Assembly (NCBI GenBank): GCA_950097015.1 | Contig: CATNEN010000027.1 | Span: forward strand, 248,001 to 312,000 | Reading direction: 5' to 3' | Source of the DNA: Macrostomum hystrix | Lineage: Eukaryota > Animalia > Platyhelminthes | Length of the DNA: 64,000 bases | Shown here: positions 38,970 to 52,475 of the stretch, piece after piece | How the letters are laid out: each line of letters opens with the position of its first letter | Position numbering within the stretch: position 1 is the first letter of the stretch | Translations under genes and position numbers: made by a program | Notes under the pieces: model-generated | Told to the model about the DNA's origin: nothing | Databases searched by the model: none | The model's input: the letters and a program-made list of their open reading frames with translations, nothing else

Positions 38970-41900
38970 CTAGTGGATGAAGTGGCAGCGGCTGCCGTAG
39001 CGGCAGACACCTTCGCCGTGGAAGGCGCGGCACTGCTCCGTTTTGAACAGGCGGTGCCGATCCGGCCTGTTGCGCAACTCCTGCCGACCGTGGGCGAACT
39101 GGCAGTGCTCGGCGTACTCGCAGCAGCCGCTGTCCTGTCGGTGTGGGGTTGTAGGGACTGTACAGTATCCTCTGTAGCTTATCCCCGCTGGTCAGCTTAG
39201 GCAGGGATAAACAGACTGGGTCAGGGATAAACCTACACACTGGGTCAGGGATAAACACACACTGGGTCAGGGATAAACAGACTGGGTCAGGGATAAACAC
39301 ACACTGGGACAGGGATAAACAGACTGGGTCAGGGATAAACGCACTGGGTCAGCGATAAACGCACTGGGTCAGGGATAAACACACACTGGGGACAGGGAAA
39401 AAGCACACACTGGGACAGGGAAAAACACACACTGGGTCAGGGATAAACACACTGGGTCAGGGATAAACACACACTGGGTCAGGGATAAACACACTGGGTC
39501 AGGGATAAACACACTGGGTCAGGGATAAACACACACTGGGACAGGGATAAACATTGTGCTTTATGCTTTTGTGCTCACCTGAAAGCTTCTGCACAGTTCA
39601 GTCTTGAATTTCAGGCCACCAGACGCAATTCGGACACGCTGTGCGGCCTTCAGGAGCCCTGACCTCGACGGCGAAGGCAAAGAAGTCGACAAAGCTGACG
39701 ACGAGCGCAGCTGAAGGAAGAGGAGTAGAGCCGTGATTACTCAAACTGAGTAGGGCAGACTAAAACCAAAGGGCAGACTAGAACCCAAGGGCAGACTAGA
39801 ACCCAAGGGCAGACTAGAACCCAAGGGCAGACTAAAACCCAAGGACAGACTAAAACCCAAGGGCAGACTAGAACCCAAGGGCAGACTAAAACCCAAGGGC
39901 AGACTAAAACCCAAGGGCAGACTAGAACCCAAGGGCAGACTAAAACCCAAGGGCAGACTAGAACCCAAGGGCAGACTAAAACCCAAGGGGCAGACTAAAA
40001 CCCAAGGGGCAGACTAAAACCCAAGGGCAGACTAAAACCCAAGGGCAGACTAAAACCCAAGGGGCAGACTAAAACCCAAGGGCAGACTAAAACCCAAGGG
40101 CAGACTAAAACCCAAGGGCAGACTAAAACCCAAGGGGCAGACTAAAACCCAAGGAGCAGACTAAAACCCAAGGGCAGACTAAAACCCAAGGGCAGACTAA
40201 AACCCAAGGGGCAGACTAAAACCCAAGGGGCAGACTAAAACCCAAGGGCAGACTAGAACCCAAGGGCAGACTAAAACCCAAGGGCAGACTAAAACCCAAG
40301 GGGCAGACTAAAACCCAAGGGCAGACTAAAACCCAAGGGCAGACTAAAACCCAAGGGCAGACTAAAACCCAAGGGGCAGACTAGAAGTCCAAAGGAAGGG
40401 CCCAATAGCAACTGTAGAAACCGAGGGAAAAGCACTTGAGTCTCAGATGGGGAGCACAACTCACCTTCGCTGAGTCCAGGCCGACAGCCGCGGCCGAAGC
40501 GGCGATACTTTGCTCAGCTTGATGACCTGCCTTGAATGAGCTGTCACTGCTGGCCAATGAGAACTGCTCAAAGCTCTGCAGGCGGTTGGAAAATTTGCTG
40601 ATAAACTGAGCAATAAACTGGAGTTGCTGATAAACTGTGAGCAATAAACTGGAGTTGCTGATAAACTGTGAGCAATAAACTGGAGTTGCTGATAAACTGT
40701 GAGCAATAAACTGGAGTTGCGGATAAACTGTGAGCAATAAACTGGAGTTGCGGATAAACTGTGAGCAATAAACTGGAGTTGCTGATAAACTGTGAGCAAT
40801 AAACTGGAGTTGCGGATAAACTGTGAGCAATAAACTGGAGTTGCTGATAAACTGAGCAATAAACTGGAGTTGCTGATAAACTGAGCAATAAACTGGAGTT
40901 GCTGATAAACTGAGCAATAAACTGGAGGTGCTGATAAACTGTGAGCAATAAACTGGAGTTGCTGATAAACTGGAGTTGCGGATAAACTGGAGTTGCGGAT
41001 AAACTGGAGTTGCTTATAAACTGTGTGGAATAAACTGGAGTTGCTGATAAACTGTGAGGAATAAACTGGAGTTGCGGATAAACTGGAGTTGCGGATAAAC
41101 TGGAGTTGCGGATAAACTGGAGTTGCTTATAAACTGTGTGGAATAAACTGGAGTTGCTGATAAACTGTGAGGAATAAACTGGAGTTGCGGATAAACTGGA
41201 GTTGCGGATAAACTGGAGTTGCGGATAAACTGGAGTTGCGGATAAACTGGAGTTGCTGATAAACTGTGAGCAATAAACTGGAGTTGCGGATAAACTGGAG
41301 TTGCGGATAAACTGGAGTTGCGGATAAACTGGAGTTGCGGATAAACTGGAGTTGCTGATAAACTGTGAGGAATAAACTGGAGTTGCTGATAAACTGTGAG
41401 GAATAAACTGGAGTTGCTGATAAACTGGAGTTGCTGATAAACTGTGAGGAATAAACTGGAGTTGCTGATAAACTGTGAGGAATAAACTGGAGTTGCTGAT
41501 AAACTGTGAGCAATAAACTGGAGTTGCTGATAAACTGTGTGGAATAAACTGGAGTTGCTGATAAACTGTGAGGAAAAAACTGGAGTTGCTGATAAACTGT
41601 GTGGAATAAACTGGAGTTGCTGATAAACTGTGAGCAATAAACTGGAGTTGCTGATAAACTGTGAGCAATAAACTGGAGTTGCTGATAAACTATGAGGAAT
41701 AAACTGGAGTTGCTGATACACTATGAGGAATAAACTGGAGTTGCTGATAAACTGGAGTTGCTGATACACGATGAGGAATAAACTGGAGTTGCTGATAAAC
41801 TGTGGGAAATAAACTGGAGTTGCTGATAAACTGTGTGGAATAAACTGGAGTTGCTGATAAACTGGAGTTGCTGATACACTATGAGGAATAAACTGGAGTT

Positions 41901-42545
41901 GCTGATAAACTGGAGTTGCTGATAAACTGGAGTTGCTGATAAACTGGAGTTGCTGATAAACTGGAGTTGCTGATAAACTGTGAGCAAAAACTGGAGTTTC
42001 TGATAAACTGTGAGGAATAAACTGGAGTTGCTGATAAACGGGAGTTGCTGATAAACTGGAGTTGCTGATAAACTGTGAGGAATAAACTGGAGTTGCTGAT
42101 AAACTATGAGGAATAAACTGGAGTTGCTGATAAACTATGAGGAATAAACTGGAGTTGCTGATACAGGGAAAACTCACCTGAAGCTCAATGTCGATAGACC
42201 TCAGGCACTGCAGAGCGGTCACGAAGGCCAGTTCAGGCTCAGCTGGAAGTGCTTTGACCGTTGCTGTGTGGAGCTCAGTGCTCAACAATTGCCAGTCGAG
42301 GCCGCTGCTGGACAGTGGCGATAGCGAACTCGCTGAGACATCACCGGGCGACTGCAGAATGGCGAGAAGCAGGTGAAGTGTAAGTATAAGCGAGGAGAGA
42401 CTGATTGAAACAGAAGAAAAACATTTGTGATCAGAAATCAGGAAATAGTGGAGGCCAAAAATGGCAAAAATGAGCAACCGTTATCACTTACCGATGGAGT
42501 GAAGCCAGAATCGGATGCTGAGCTACCAAATGCAAATTGGAGCAT
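38970..42545 (-). CDS. zfp36-like: TIS11/ZFP36-family tandem CCCH zinc-finger protein, copy 2 (211 aa)
   Basis: Exons 42545-42492, 42351-42178, 40575-40465, 39710-39579, 39134-38970; same structure as copy 1, ORF intact, M>I change in exon 4. Confidence 0.92.
40598..42165. repeat. 17/31-bp array GCTGATAAAC(TGTGAGCAATAAAC)TGGAGTT in ZFP36-like intron 2; also at 32340-32945 and inverted at 60312-61060
   Basis: Direct reading. Confidence 0.95.
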
Positions 42546-44764
42546 TTCTGCAGGGATCGATAAATAGCAGTTAGCAGTAGGCTAGGATAAGCGAGTGTTG
42601 AATCAAATTGAGCCTGGAACCTTGAACTGTTTCAAGAGTCAAGACATCTCGGGCGCCTATTTAATGACTTGGATTTGGGCTGGGGTGGCCTTCCTCCGTT
42701 AGCCAGTGCAGGGGAAGCGACTCGTCTGATTCGAAGATCGCGCACCCAGAGGGGTGTCAGGGAGGGGGTGGGTGGCTTCCATTTCACACCCTCCTACGCG
42801 GCCGCGGAACCGCTGGCTGAACGCAGGGGCGAAATTTAAACAGAATTTAATTTAATAGCACAAACTGAGCCAGCCGTATAATGCCAATAATATGAATCCT
42901 TATCTCTGAATTTCGCTTATTCTTTAAGATGCAAAGAACTGCCACTGAGCCACAAGTTAAGGCGTTGAGACTGCAAGGCACAATATCATCAACTGTGTAA
43001 GACTGTGAAACCGAGAAGCTCAAGTTAAACAACTCTATGCTTTGAACAAAGACTGCATCCCTCAAGCTTAGGATTAGGAAAATGAAGCAGTGCCAATGCC
43101 TATCTGTATATGCATGGGCCAGAATGAAACAGGCCCTCTATAGTTGCTGAATTGCTTCAACTAGACATCGAAACACAGTCTAAAGTGAGTAGCGATACGA
43201 AAACTGCTCATTCAACTGTACAATTTGCCACCGGTTAGAAACAGAATCTGGATGACGGAAGAAGAGAATAGCAGAATTTCGAAGTGGAGGAGGGGTGGGC
43301 GTTCTGAGGCGTCTCAGAAATGTTTTGTACAGTTTCACTGCGGTTGTTAACAATGCAAATGCAAATGACATTCTGATCTGACATTCTGACATATTATATC
43401 TAATGTGGATCGATAAAAGCCGGCTAAAGCTGGTGCATATGAGTTCGTTTAACTGCTAAACACAGATAGTTGCATGTATTTTTTGCTATTGGCAAGTGCA
43501 AATTATGTGCTTTAATAATTTTACGAACAATTTAATCATAATAGTGTCTTCAGTAAAGAACTGATCGCATAGCAACTGCTTTAGGAACTGAGGGGAACAC
43601 GTCTAGAAGTAGAAGCCAGACAGAGAGACAGCTCACCCAGCAGCAGCTTCCTGTGTGAGCAGCGAATGCTCGAATCCCAGAGTTTTGCAACGAAATGGCA
43701 TTCCCATAGCCCACCATACATTCACATCTTTCCATCCATTCACTTCCCATCCCGTTACCATCCAGCATTGTCAAAATTTAGCTTTATTTCTAAACCCTCC
43801 CTATCCGTTCCCCAATCCTTCGCATCTTATTCCCTAACATCCGTTACAATCCATTCACTTCCCTTCCGATCCTTTTCCATCCCTTCCCATCCCTTCCCAT
43901 CCCTTCCCATCCCTTCTCATCGCTTCCCATCCCTTCCCATCGCTTCCCATCCCTTCCCATCCCTTCCCATCCCCTTCACATCCCTTCCCATCGCTTCCCA
44001 TCCCTTCCCATCCCTTCCCATCCCTTCCCATCCCTTCCCATCCCTTCCCATCCCTTCCCATCCCCTTCACATCCCTTCCCATCCCTTCCCATCCCTTCCC
44101 ATCCCTTCCCATCCCCTTCTCATCCCTTCCCATCGCTTCCCATCCCTCCCCATCGCTTTCCATCCCTTCCCATCCCTTCCCATCCCTTCCCATCCCTTCC
44201 CATCCCTTCCCATCCCTTCCCATCCCTCCCCATCCAGTTGAGCTGAATGTCAAGGCAAAGAGTTTCAGTTTGCAATGGGATCGTTATTAAAAAATAAAAT
44301 ATTCTTGACTTCCCCAAATTCCCTCGCATTGCCCAGCTCAGAATTACTCTGTGGCCTCCTAAAGCCTCCCACAATAAAGTTACTTTGGGAAGAGGCCGCA
44401 GACTTCCGCAGACACGCAGGGTGTCGTGTCTTGCCAGCGCTGAGTAACTGCCCACCCCACCTCCGGCCGACCACCCAGGAGAATCTTCAGCGCGAACTCC
44501 TCCTCGCTTGTCGGCAATAAATCAAAGAGTGTCGGAGTCTTGACAGTCACTGAGGCAGAAGCCACTGATTGTTTCTTCTGTCACATGCAAAAGTTCAGGA
44601 CTGCAAGACTTGCCGCAATGCACCGCACACACAGGACAAAGACTCACAACAGGGAAGACAAGTGACTGTCCCCGTGATATCAATCCTATGGACTTCGGCA
44701 GAAAAGTGAAAAACTAAAGTAGGATTTTTTAATTCGGTTTAGGACAGTTTGTTTGAGGATGTTT

Positions 44765-47130
44765 GAGGATAATATCTAGTGAAATGTAGGATGAGAATAG
44801 CTGATTTCTGTGGGATAATATCTAGTGAGATGTAGGATGAGAATAGCTTATTTCTGTGGGATAATATCCAGTGAGATGTAGGATGAGAATAGCTGATTTC
44901 TGTGGGATAATATCCAGTGAGATGTAGGATGAGAATAGCTGATTTCTTTGGGATAATATCCTGTGAAATGTAGGATGAGAATAGCTTATTTCTTTGGGAT
45001 AATATCTAGTGAAATGTAGGATGAGAATAGCTTATTTCTGTGGGATAATATCCAGTGAGATGTAGGATGAGAATAGCTTATTTCTGTGGGATAATATCCA
45101 GTGAGATGTAGGATGAGAATAGCTGATTTCTGTGGGATAATATCCAGTGAGATGTAGGATGAGAATAGCTGATTTCTGTGGGATAATATCCAGTGAGATG
45201 TAGGATGAGAATAGCTGATTTCTGTGGGATAATATCCAGTGAGATGTGGGATGAGAATAGCTGATTTCTGTGGGATAATATCCAGTGAGATGTAGGATGA
45301 GAATAGCTGATTTCTGTGGGATAATATCCTGTGAGATGTAGGATGTGAATAGCTGATTTCTGTGGGATAATATCCAGTGAGATGAGGGATGAGAATAGCT
45401 GATTTCTGTGGGATAATATCCAGTGAGATGTAGGATGAGAATAGCTGATTTCTGTGGGATAATATCCAGTGAGATGTAGGATGAGAATAGCTGATTTCTG
45501 TGGGATAATATCCAGTGAGATGTGGGATAAGAATAGCTGATTTCTGTGGGATAATATCCAGTGAGATGTGGGATGAGAATAGCTTATTTCTGTGGGATAA
45601 TATCCAGTGAGATGTGGGATGAGAATAGCTGATTTCTGTGGGATAATATCCAGTGAGATGTGGGATGAGAATAGCTGATTTCTGTGGGATAATATCCAGT
45701 GAGATGTAGGATGAGAATAGCTGATTTCTGTGGGATAATATCCAGTGAGATGTGGGATGAGAATAGCTGATTTCTGTGGGATAATATCCAGTGAGATGTG
45801 GGATGAGAATAGCTTATTTCTGTGGGATAATATCCAGTGAGATGTGGGATGAGAATAGCTGATTTCTGTGGGATAATATCCAGTGAGATGTGGGATGAGA
45901 ATAGCTGATTTCTGTGGGATAATGTCCAGTGAGATGTAGGATGAGAATAGCTGATTTCTGTGGGATAATATCCAGTGAGATGTGGGATGAGAATAGCTGA
46001 TTTCTGTGGGATAATATCCAGTGAGATGTAGGATGAGAATAGCTGATTTCTGTGGGATAATATCCTGTGAGATGTAGGATGTGAATAGCTGATTTCTGTG
46101 GGATAATATCCAGTGAGATGAGGGATGAGAATAGCTGATTTCTGTGGGATAATATCCAGTGAGATGTAGGATGAGAATAGCTTATTTCTGTGGGATAATA
46201 TCCAGTGAGATGTAGGATGAGAATAGCTGATTTCTGTGGGATAATATCCAGTGAGATGTGGGATGAGAATAGCTGATTTCTGTGGGATAATATCCAGTGA
46301 GATGTGGGATGAGAATAGCTTATTTCTGTGGGATAATATCCAGTGAGATGTGGGATGAGAATAGCTGATTTCTGTGGGATAATATCCAGTGAGATGTGGG
46401 ATGAGAATAGCTGATTTCTGTGGGATAATATCCAGTGAGATGTGGGATGAGAATAGCTTATTTCTGTGGGATAATATCCAGTGAGATGTGGGATGAGAAT
46501 AGCTGATTTCTGTGGGATAATATCCAGTGAGATGTGGGATGAGAATAGCTGATTTCTGTGGGATAATATCCAGTGAGATGTAGGATGAGAATAGCTGATT
46601 TCTGTGGGATAATATCCAGTGAGATGTGGGATGAGAATAGCTGATTTCTGTGGGATAATATCCAGTGAGATGTAGGATGAGAATAGCTGATTTCTGTGGG
46701 ATAATATCCTGTGAGATGTAGGATGTGAATAGCTGATTTCTGTGGGATAATATCCAGTGAGATGAGGGATGAGAATAGCTGATTTCTGTGGGATAATATC
46801 CAGTGAGATGTAGGATGAGAATAGCTGATTTCTGTGGGATAATATCCAGTGAGATGTAGGATGAGAATAGCTGATTTCTGTGGGATAATATCCAGTGAGA
46901 TGTGGGATGAGAATAGCTGATTTCTGTGGGATAATATCCAGTGAGATGTGGGATGAGAATAGCTTATTTCTGTGGGATAATATCCAGTGAGATGTGGGAT
47001 GAGAATAGCTGATTTCTGTGGGATAATATCCAGTGAGATGTGGGATGAGAATGGCTTATTTCTGTGGGATAATATCCTGTGAGATGTAGGATGAGAATAG
47101 CTTATTTCTGTGGGATAATATCCTGTGAGA
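44765..47130. repeat. 46-bp satellite, unit-3 copy (~51 units)
   Basis: Same monomer. Confidence 0.95.
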
Positions 47131-47699
47131 TGGCAGCTCAATAATTAGATAGTCCCAAAGAATCCTAACATGGGATTAATCGCATCTGGAAAATATTCCT
47201 TCCTTAATATTAATATTCCTTCCTGCATTCTTAATATGCTGAATGCCGATCCATTCTTAATTATCCCATTCATAATTTGGCTTCACAGAACAAGAGACTA
47301 TACTCAGTGTGTGTATGCAAACACCAAATTTGAGTCTCCAATAAAGACGCCTCTAACAAGTGTAAGTCAACAAAGACTGTTCTCAAGCAGTGCTTTTTTA
47401 GTCATCTGTCAACAATGCCATCAAATCGTTCATGAGTCGGGAGTAGGAATCAATTGGTAATCTGGGATCTAAAGCTCGAAGCAACCTTGCGGAGGTGGGG
47501 TGGGCGGCCAGGATTCGCCATGCAACTGTGGACAAGACCCGCCCACGCTGAGTGGCGCCTCAAAGTCTGCGGCCTCTCCCAATGCGTCACTGATAAGATA
47601 ATTAGATGTCTGAGGCGTCTCGAAGTACTTTTGGGCTGGCAACTGGACAATGGGCGAGTCTGGCAAACCGGTTTTCTTGTGAGCGTTGCGATTGCACAG

Positions 47700-48450
47700 G
47701 AATCCCAAATCCATCTAAAATCCCAAAGCCATTTATAATCCCAAATCTATCTAGAATCCCAAATCTATCTAGAATCCCAAATCTATCTAGAATCCCAAAT
47801 CTATCTAGAATCCCAAATCTATCTAGAATCCCAAATCTATGTAGAATCCCAAATCTATCTAGAATCCCAAATCTATCTTGAATCCCAAATCTATCTAGAA
47901 TCCCAAATCTATCTAGAATCCCAAATCTATCTAGAATCCCAAATCTATCTAGAATCCCAAATCTATCTAGAATCCCAAATCTATCTAGAATCCCAAATCT
48001 ATCTAGAATCCCAAATCTATCTAGAATCCCAAATCTATCTAGAATCCCAAATCTAACTACTTATTAGAATCCCAAATCCATCTAGAATCCCAAATCCAAC
48101 TACTTAATAGAATCCCAAATCTATCTAGAATCCCAAATCCAACTACTTAGTAGAATCCCAAATCTATCTAGAATCCCAAATCCAACTGAATCGTAAATCC
48201 ATTTAGAATCCCAAATTCCAAATCCCTAATCCAAATACGAAGTAGAATCCCAAATCCATTTAGAATCCCAAGTCCATTTCGAATCCAAAATCCATTTAGA
48301 ATTCCAAATTTAATTATAATCCCAAATCAATTTGGATTCCTTAACCCATTTAAAATTCCAAATCATTTTAGAATGCGAAATCCTAAATCAATCTAGAATC
48401 CCAAATTGAACTAGAAGCCCTAAGCCATCAAGAATCCCAAATCTATTAAA
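47700..48450. repeat. 18-bp array TAGAATCCCAAATCTATC; also at 25738-25915, 36385-36505 and inverted at 54700-55345
   Basis: Direct reading. Confidence 0.93.
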
Positions 48451-50409
48451 AATCCTAAAAGCCTAAAAATGCCAGCAAATGCCCCCACCAAACAGCATAG
48501 CAACTGCTTTAGGAACTGAGGGGAACACGTATAGTAGCAGAAGCGAGACAGAGAGACAGCTCACCCAGCTGCAGCCACCTGTGTGAGTAGCGAATGCTCA
48601 AATCCCCGAGTTTTGCAACGGTACCAAAGCGGGACCCCACCAAATCGCCTAGCAACTGTGGGGGTAGAGATAGCACAGATCGAGAGACTGCACTTTCCAG
48701 CTGCAGCCACCTGTGTGGCAACCACTGGCCCAGAGACTCGGAGGGTTTGAGATGATCTCGCAGCGCTCTCTCCAGCTGCAGCCACCTGTGTGAGCAGCGA
48801 ATGCTCAAATCCCCGAGTTTTGCAACGGTACCAAAGCGGGACCCCACCAAATCGCCTAGCAACTGTGGGGGTAGAGATAGCACAGATCGACAGACTGCAC
48901 TTTCCAGCTGCAGCCACCTGTGTGGCAACCACTGGCCCAGAGACTCGGAGGGTTTGAGATGATCTCGCAGCGCTCTCTCCAGCTGCAGCCACCTGTGTGA
49001 GCAGCGAATGCTCAAATCCCCGAACCGCTCAGCAACGGTTCGGCTGTTAGAACTTACGTCACACTCTACTCACTTGTGCTCACAGCTCAAGGGCCAGAGA
49101 CCGCGGATTCCTCTGCTCACACAGCTGGAGCCAGCTGCAGCTTCTGGTGCTCTCTCCGACCCCAGTGCATCTCGGTTGCCATGGGGATCGGCTGACCCCA
49201 CACACAGCTCGGCCTTGAGAACAGAGACTCAGCTCTGAGCACTGCCTACCTTCGCCACGCAGGTCAGTGAGTTGGCATTGTGTGAAACTCAGCAAACTGA
49301 AGCCAATGCAAGGAAAGTTGGACATTGCTTTGCACAGTCAGTCAGAGGGCCGTTGGTGTGATCCGTGCAGCTTTTCTGCTTTTTACACCTGCCTTGCGCA
49401 ACAGAGCTCAAACAGATTGATGGGATTCCAAAGTCCTCAATGTGCGAACCACATGCATATACAGTCATCCTCAGTGCCGTGGCCATGCTGGGACAAATAT
49501 CCCGTTCTGATAAACAAAAATCCATGACTTCTTTTTTCCCATCTATCCATAAAATCGACTATAGAGGGAGTGCTACCAATACTTTTAGGATTCTCAATTT
49601 CATTTTCTCCCAATTGTCATTTCCATTCCGTACCATACATTCACATCTTTTTCACCCTTTTTCACTCTTCTCATCCTGCATTGTCAAAATTTAGCATTAT
49701 TTCTAATTTCTCTCTGTACTTGCACATTCCTTCCCATCCCTTCCTAAACTTACCATCCCTTCTCATCCATTTCTTTCCTTCCCTTCCCTTCCCATCCCTT
49801 CCCATCCCTTCCCATCCCTTCCCATCCCTTCTCATCGCCTGCCATCCCTTCCTATTCCTTCTCATCCCTTCCCATCCCTCCCATCCCTTCCCATCCATTC
49901 CCATCCCTTCCCGTCCCTTTCTTCCCTTCCCATCCAGTTGTGTTGAATGTCAAGGCAAAGTGTTTCAGTTTGCAAAAGGATCCATATTCCATAATAAAAT
50001 ATTCTTGATATTCTTGAAAATATTCAAATTCCCACTCATTATCCAGCTCAGAATTACTCAGCTCCAAAAGCCCTTGTGGTCTCCTAAAGCCTCCCACAAT
50101 GGAGTTGTTTTGGGAAGTGGCCACAGACTTTGAGGCGTGGGTGTCGTGTCTTGCCAGCGCTGAGTAACTGCCCACCCCACCTCCGGCCGACCACCCAGGA
50201 GAATCTTCAGCGCGAACTCCTCCTCGCTTGTCGGCAATAAATCAAAGAGTGTCGGAGTCTTGACAGTCACTGAGGCAGAAGCCACTGATTGTTTCTTCTG
50301 TCACATGCAAAAGTTCAGGACTGCAAGACTTGCCGCAATGCACCGCAAAACACAGGTCCTAACCTAAAATTTCGGATTTTGGAAAACTTAAACGTAAGAT
50401 TCTCTCTAA

Positions 50410-50970
50410 ACTCTACTCACTATCTTACTCTACTCTCTACTCTCCTATCTCACTCTACCCTCTGCTCTCTACTCTCCTATCTCACTCTACCCTCTACTCT
50501 CTACTCTCCAATCTCACTCTACCCTCTACTCTCTACTCTCTACTCTCCAATCTCACTCTACCCTCTACTCTCTACTCTCCTATCTCACTCTACCCTCTAC
50601 TCTATACTCTCCTATATCACTCTACCCTCTACTCTCTACTCTCCTATCTCACTCTGCTCTCTGCTCTCCTATCTCATTCTACTCTCTACTCTCCTATCTC
50701 GCTCTAACCTCTACTCTCCTATCTCACTCTACTCTCTACTCTCCTATCTCACTCTAACCTCTACTCTCCTATCTCACTCTACTCTCTACTCTCCTATCTC
50801 ACTCTACTCTCTACTCTCCTATCTCACTCTAACCTCTACTCTCCTATCTCACTCTACTCTCTACTCTCCTATCTCACTCTACTCTCTGCTCTCCTATCTC
50901 ACTCTAACCTCTACTCTCCTATCTCACTCTAACCTCTACTCTCCTATCTCACTCTAACCTCTACTCTCTT
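50410..50970. repeat. Pyrimidine-rich ~20-27-bp array (CTCTACTCTCCTATCTCACT) upstream of the nanos coding exons
   Basis: Direct reading. Flanked by a donor-like aac|gtaaga (50394) and a strong acceptor ctttctctctcag| (51037), so probably intronic. Confidence 0.88.
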
Positions 50971-51328
50971 CACCCCAATCCGGACTCTGATTTTCCCAGC
51001 TCCCATCGTGTTGCCCACTCCTACCTTTCTCTCTCAGATCAACCACTCCCCACCCAGGTCGCAGGTCACTCCGCTGACCCCTGGCAGCCACAGCCAATGG
51101 CAGCTGGTCTGTCCGAGTCCCATTGGCTGTCAGAGTGGGACTTATCGACCCCCGGAGTACAGGTTAATATGATGGGCGAGAACTGAGTGGGGGCAGTGAG
51201 AAGGCAGCTTATCGAAAACAGTCTCAACTGAGTCGCTCAGACCACTGCTCATGCAGGTGAAACAGACAGTAGACATTTGCAGCCGCAGATCTGACAGCAT
51301 CAGGTGAGTCGTGTGCCCTCAGTTGTGT

Positions 51329-52475
51329 ATGCTTGATTTTGATAGTCTAATGAATGTTACCACTGATTCCATCTCGCTGCAATCAAATCCCCTCATTGAC
51401 ATCCCAAGTCCGCAGAGAGCTCAGCTAATGTTTCCAATAGTTGGGCACCTGCAACAGCTGCAGCGGCAGCACCTGCAAATGCAGCAGCAACTGCAGCAAC
51501 AGCCGCCCTCGCATCTGATACTGCCGCTCATGCAGCAGCTAGAGACACTACAGCCGAATCAGCAACAGCAGCGTCCCCAGCAGCAGCAGCAGCAGCAGCG
51601 TCTCCAGCAACAGCAGCAGCAACAGCAGCGTTTCCAGCAGCATCAGCGTCTCCAGCAACATCAGCGTCTCCAGCTGCAGCCTCTGCAAGATCAGCAACAG
51701 CAGCTGCAGCAAGGTGTTTTGAATCAGCCGTTTACAATCTGCGCCAAGTTAAACTCAGTCGAGCCGCAGCGCAAGTGAGTCTAGGCCTAATTGAGTGGGT
51801 CTAATAGAGTGAGTCTAATGGAGTGAGTCTCATGGAGTGAGTCTCATGGAGTGAGTCTCATCGAGTGAGTCTCATGGAGTGAGTCTCATGGAGTGAGTCT
51901 CATGGAGTGAGTCTCATGGAGTGAGTCTCATGGAGTGAGTCTCATGGAGTGAGTCTCATCGAGTGAGTCTCATCGAGTGAGTCTCATCGAGTGAGTCTCA
52001 TCGAGTGAGTCTCATATGGAGTGAAAATGTTGGCTTCATCATTTAGGCTAGGCCCTAGTTAAAGGCGCCAATCGAGTGGCGAGATTTTTACTCAGCCTGC
52101 ATCAACTATGTCTATGTGATACCCAAAGAGATGCCCTGCCACCTTCCCATTGACAGAGCCGCCTCGCCTGCCGGTGCCGCAGCCGTTGCCAGCCCGCAGT
52201 TGCCACACGCGGCGCTGCAGCAGTCGATACTAGCGAAGTACGCCAGCCGACCCCGCAGGCCCGTCTTCTGTGTCTTCTGCCGCAGGAACGGCGAGCCGGA
52301 GGCCTTCAGCAGCGGCCACACACTGAAGGACGGCAACGGCAGCGTCGTCTGCCCTGTGCTGCGCTGCTTCACCTGCCCGATCTGCGGCGCCTCGGGCGAC
52401 AACGCCCACACCGTCAAGTACTGCCCGCAGGGCACCGGGTACAGGTGCCGACTACCTGCTGACTCCCAGCACTGA
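51329..52475 (+). CDS. nanos: Nanos (two CCHC zinc fingers) with glutamine-rich N-terminal region
   Basis: Exon 52157-52475 encodes CVFCRRNGEPEAFSSGHTLKDGNGSVVCPVLRCFTCPICGASGDNAHTVKYCP, the canonical Nanos domain. The upstream polyQ exon ends at 51774 (AA|gtgagt, phase 2), matching acceptor cattgacag|A at 52156. Start codon uncertain (ATG 51329 or 51428; upstream exons near 51038-51303 possible). The zinc-finger exon is near certain. Confidence 0.9.
51807..52016. repeat. 14-bp array GAGTGAGTCTCATG, 15 copies, in the nanos intron
   Basis: Direct reading. Confidence 0.95.

Larger units (their letters stand above)
20880..49514 (+). repeat. Direct tandem segmental duplication: partial unit plus two full units
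   Basis: The same ~500 bp module A recurs at ~21545, ~34965 and ~44232. Each is followed by the 46-bp array, module C, the 18-bp array and module E; the first two are then followed by a ZFP36-like gene. Confidence 0.93.

Noticed and set aside
52096-52156. Acceptor at 52095 or GTG 52116 as the nanos exon start
   Set aside because: Phase is incompatible with the donor at 51775; the acceptor at 52156 fits.
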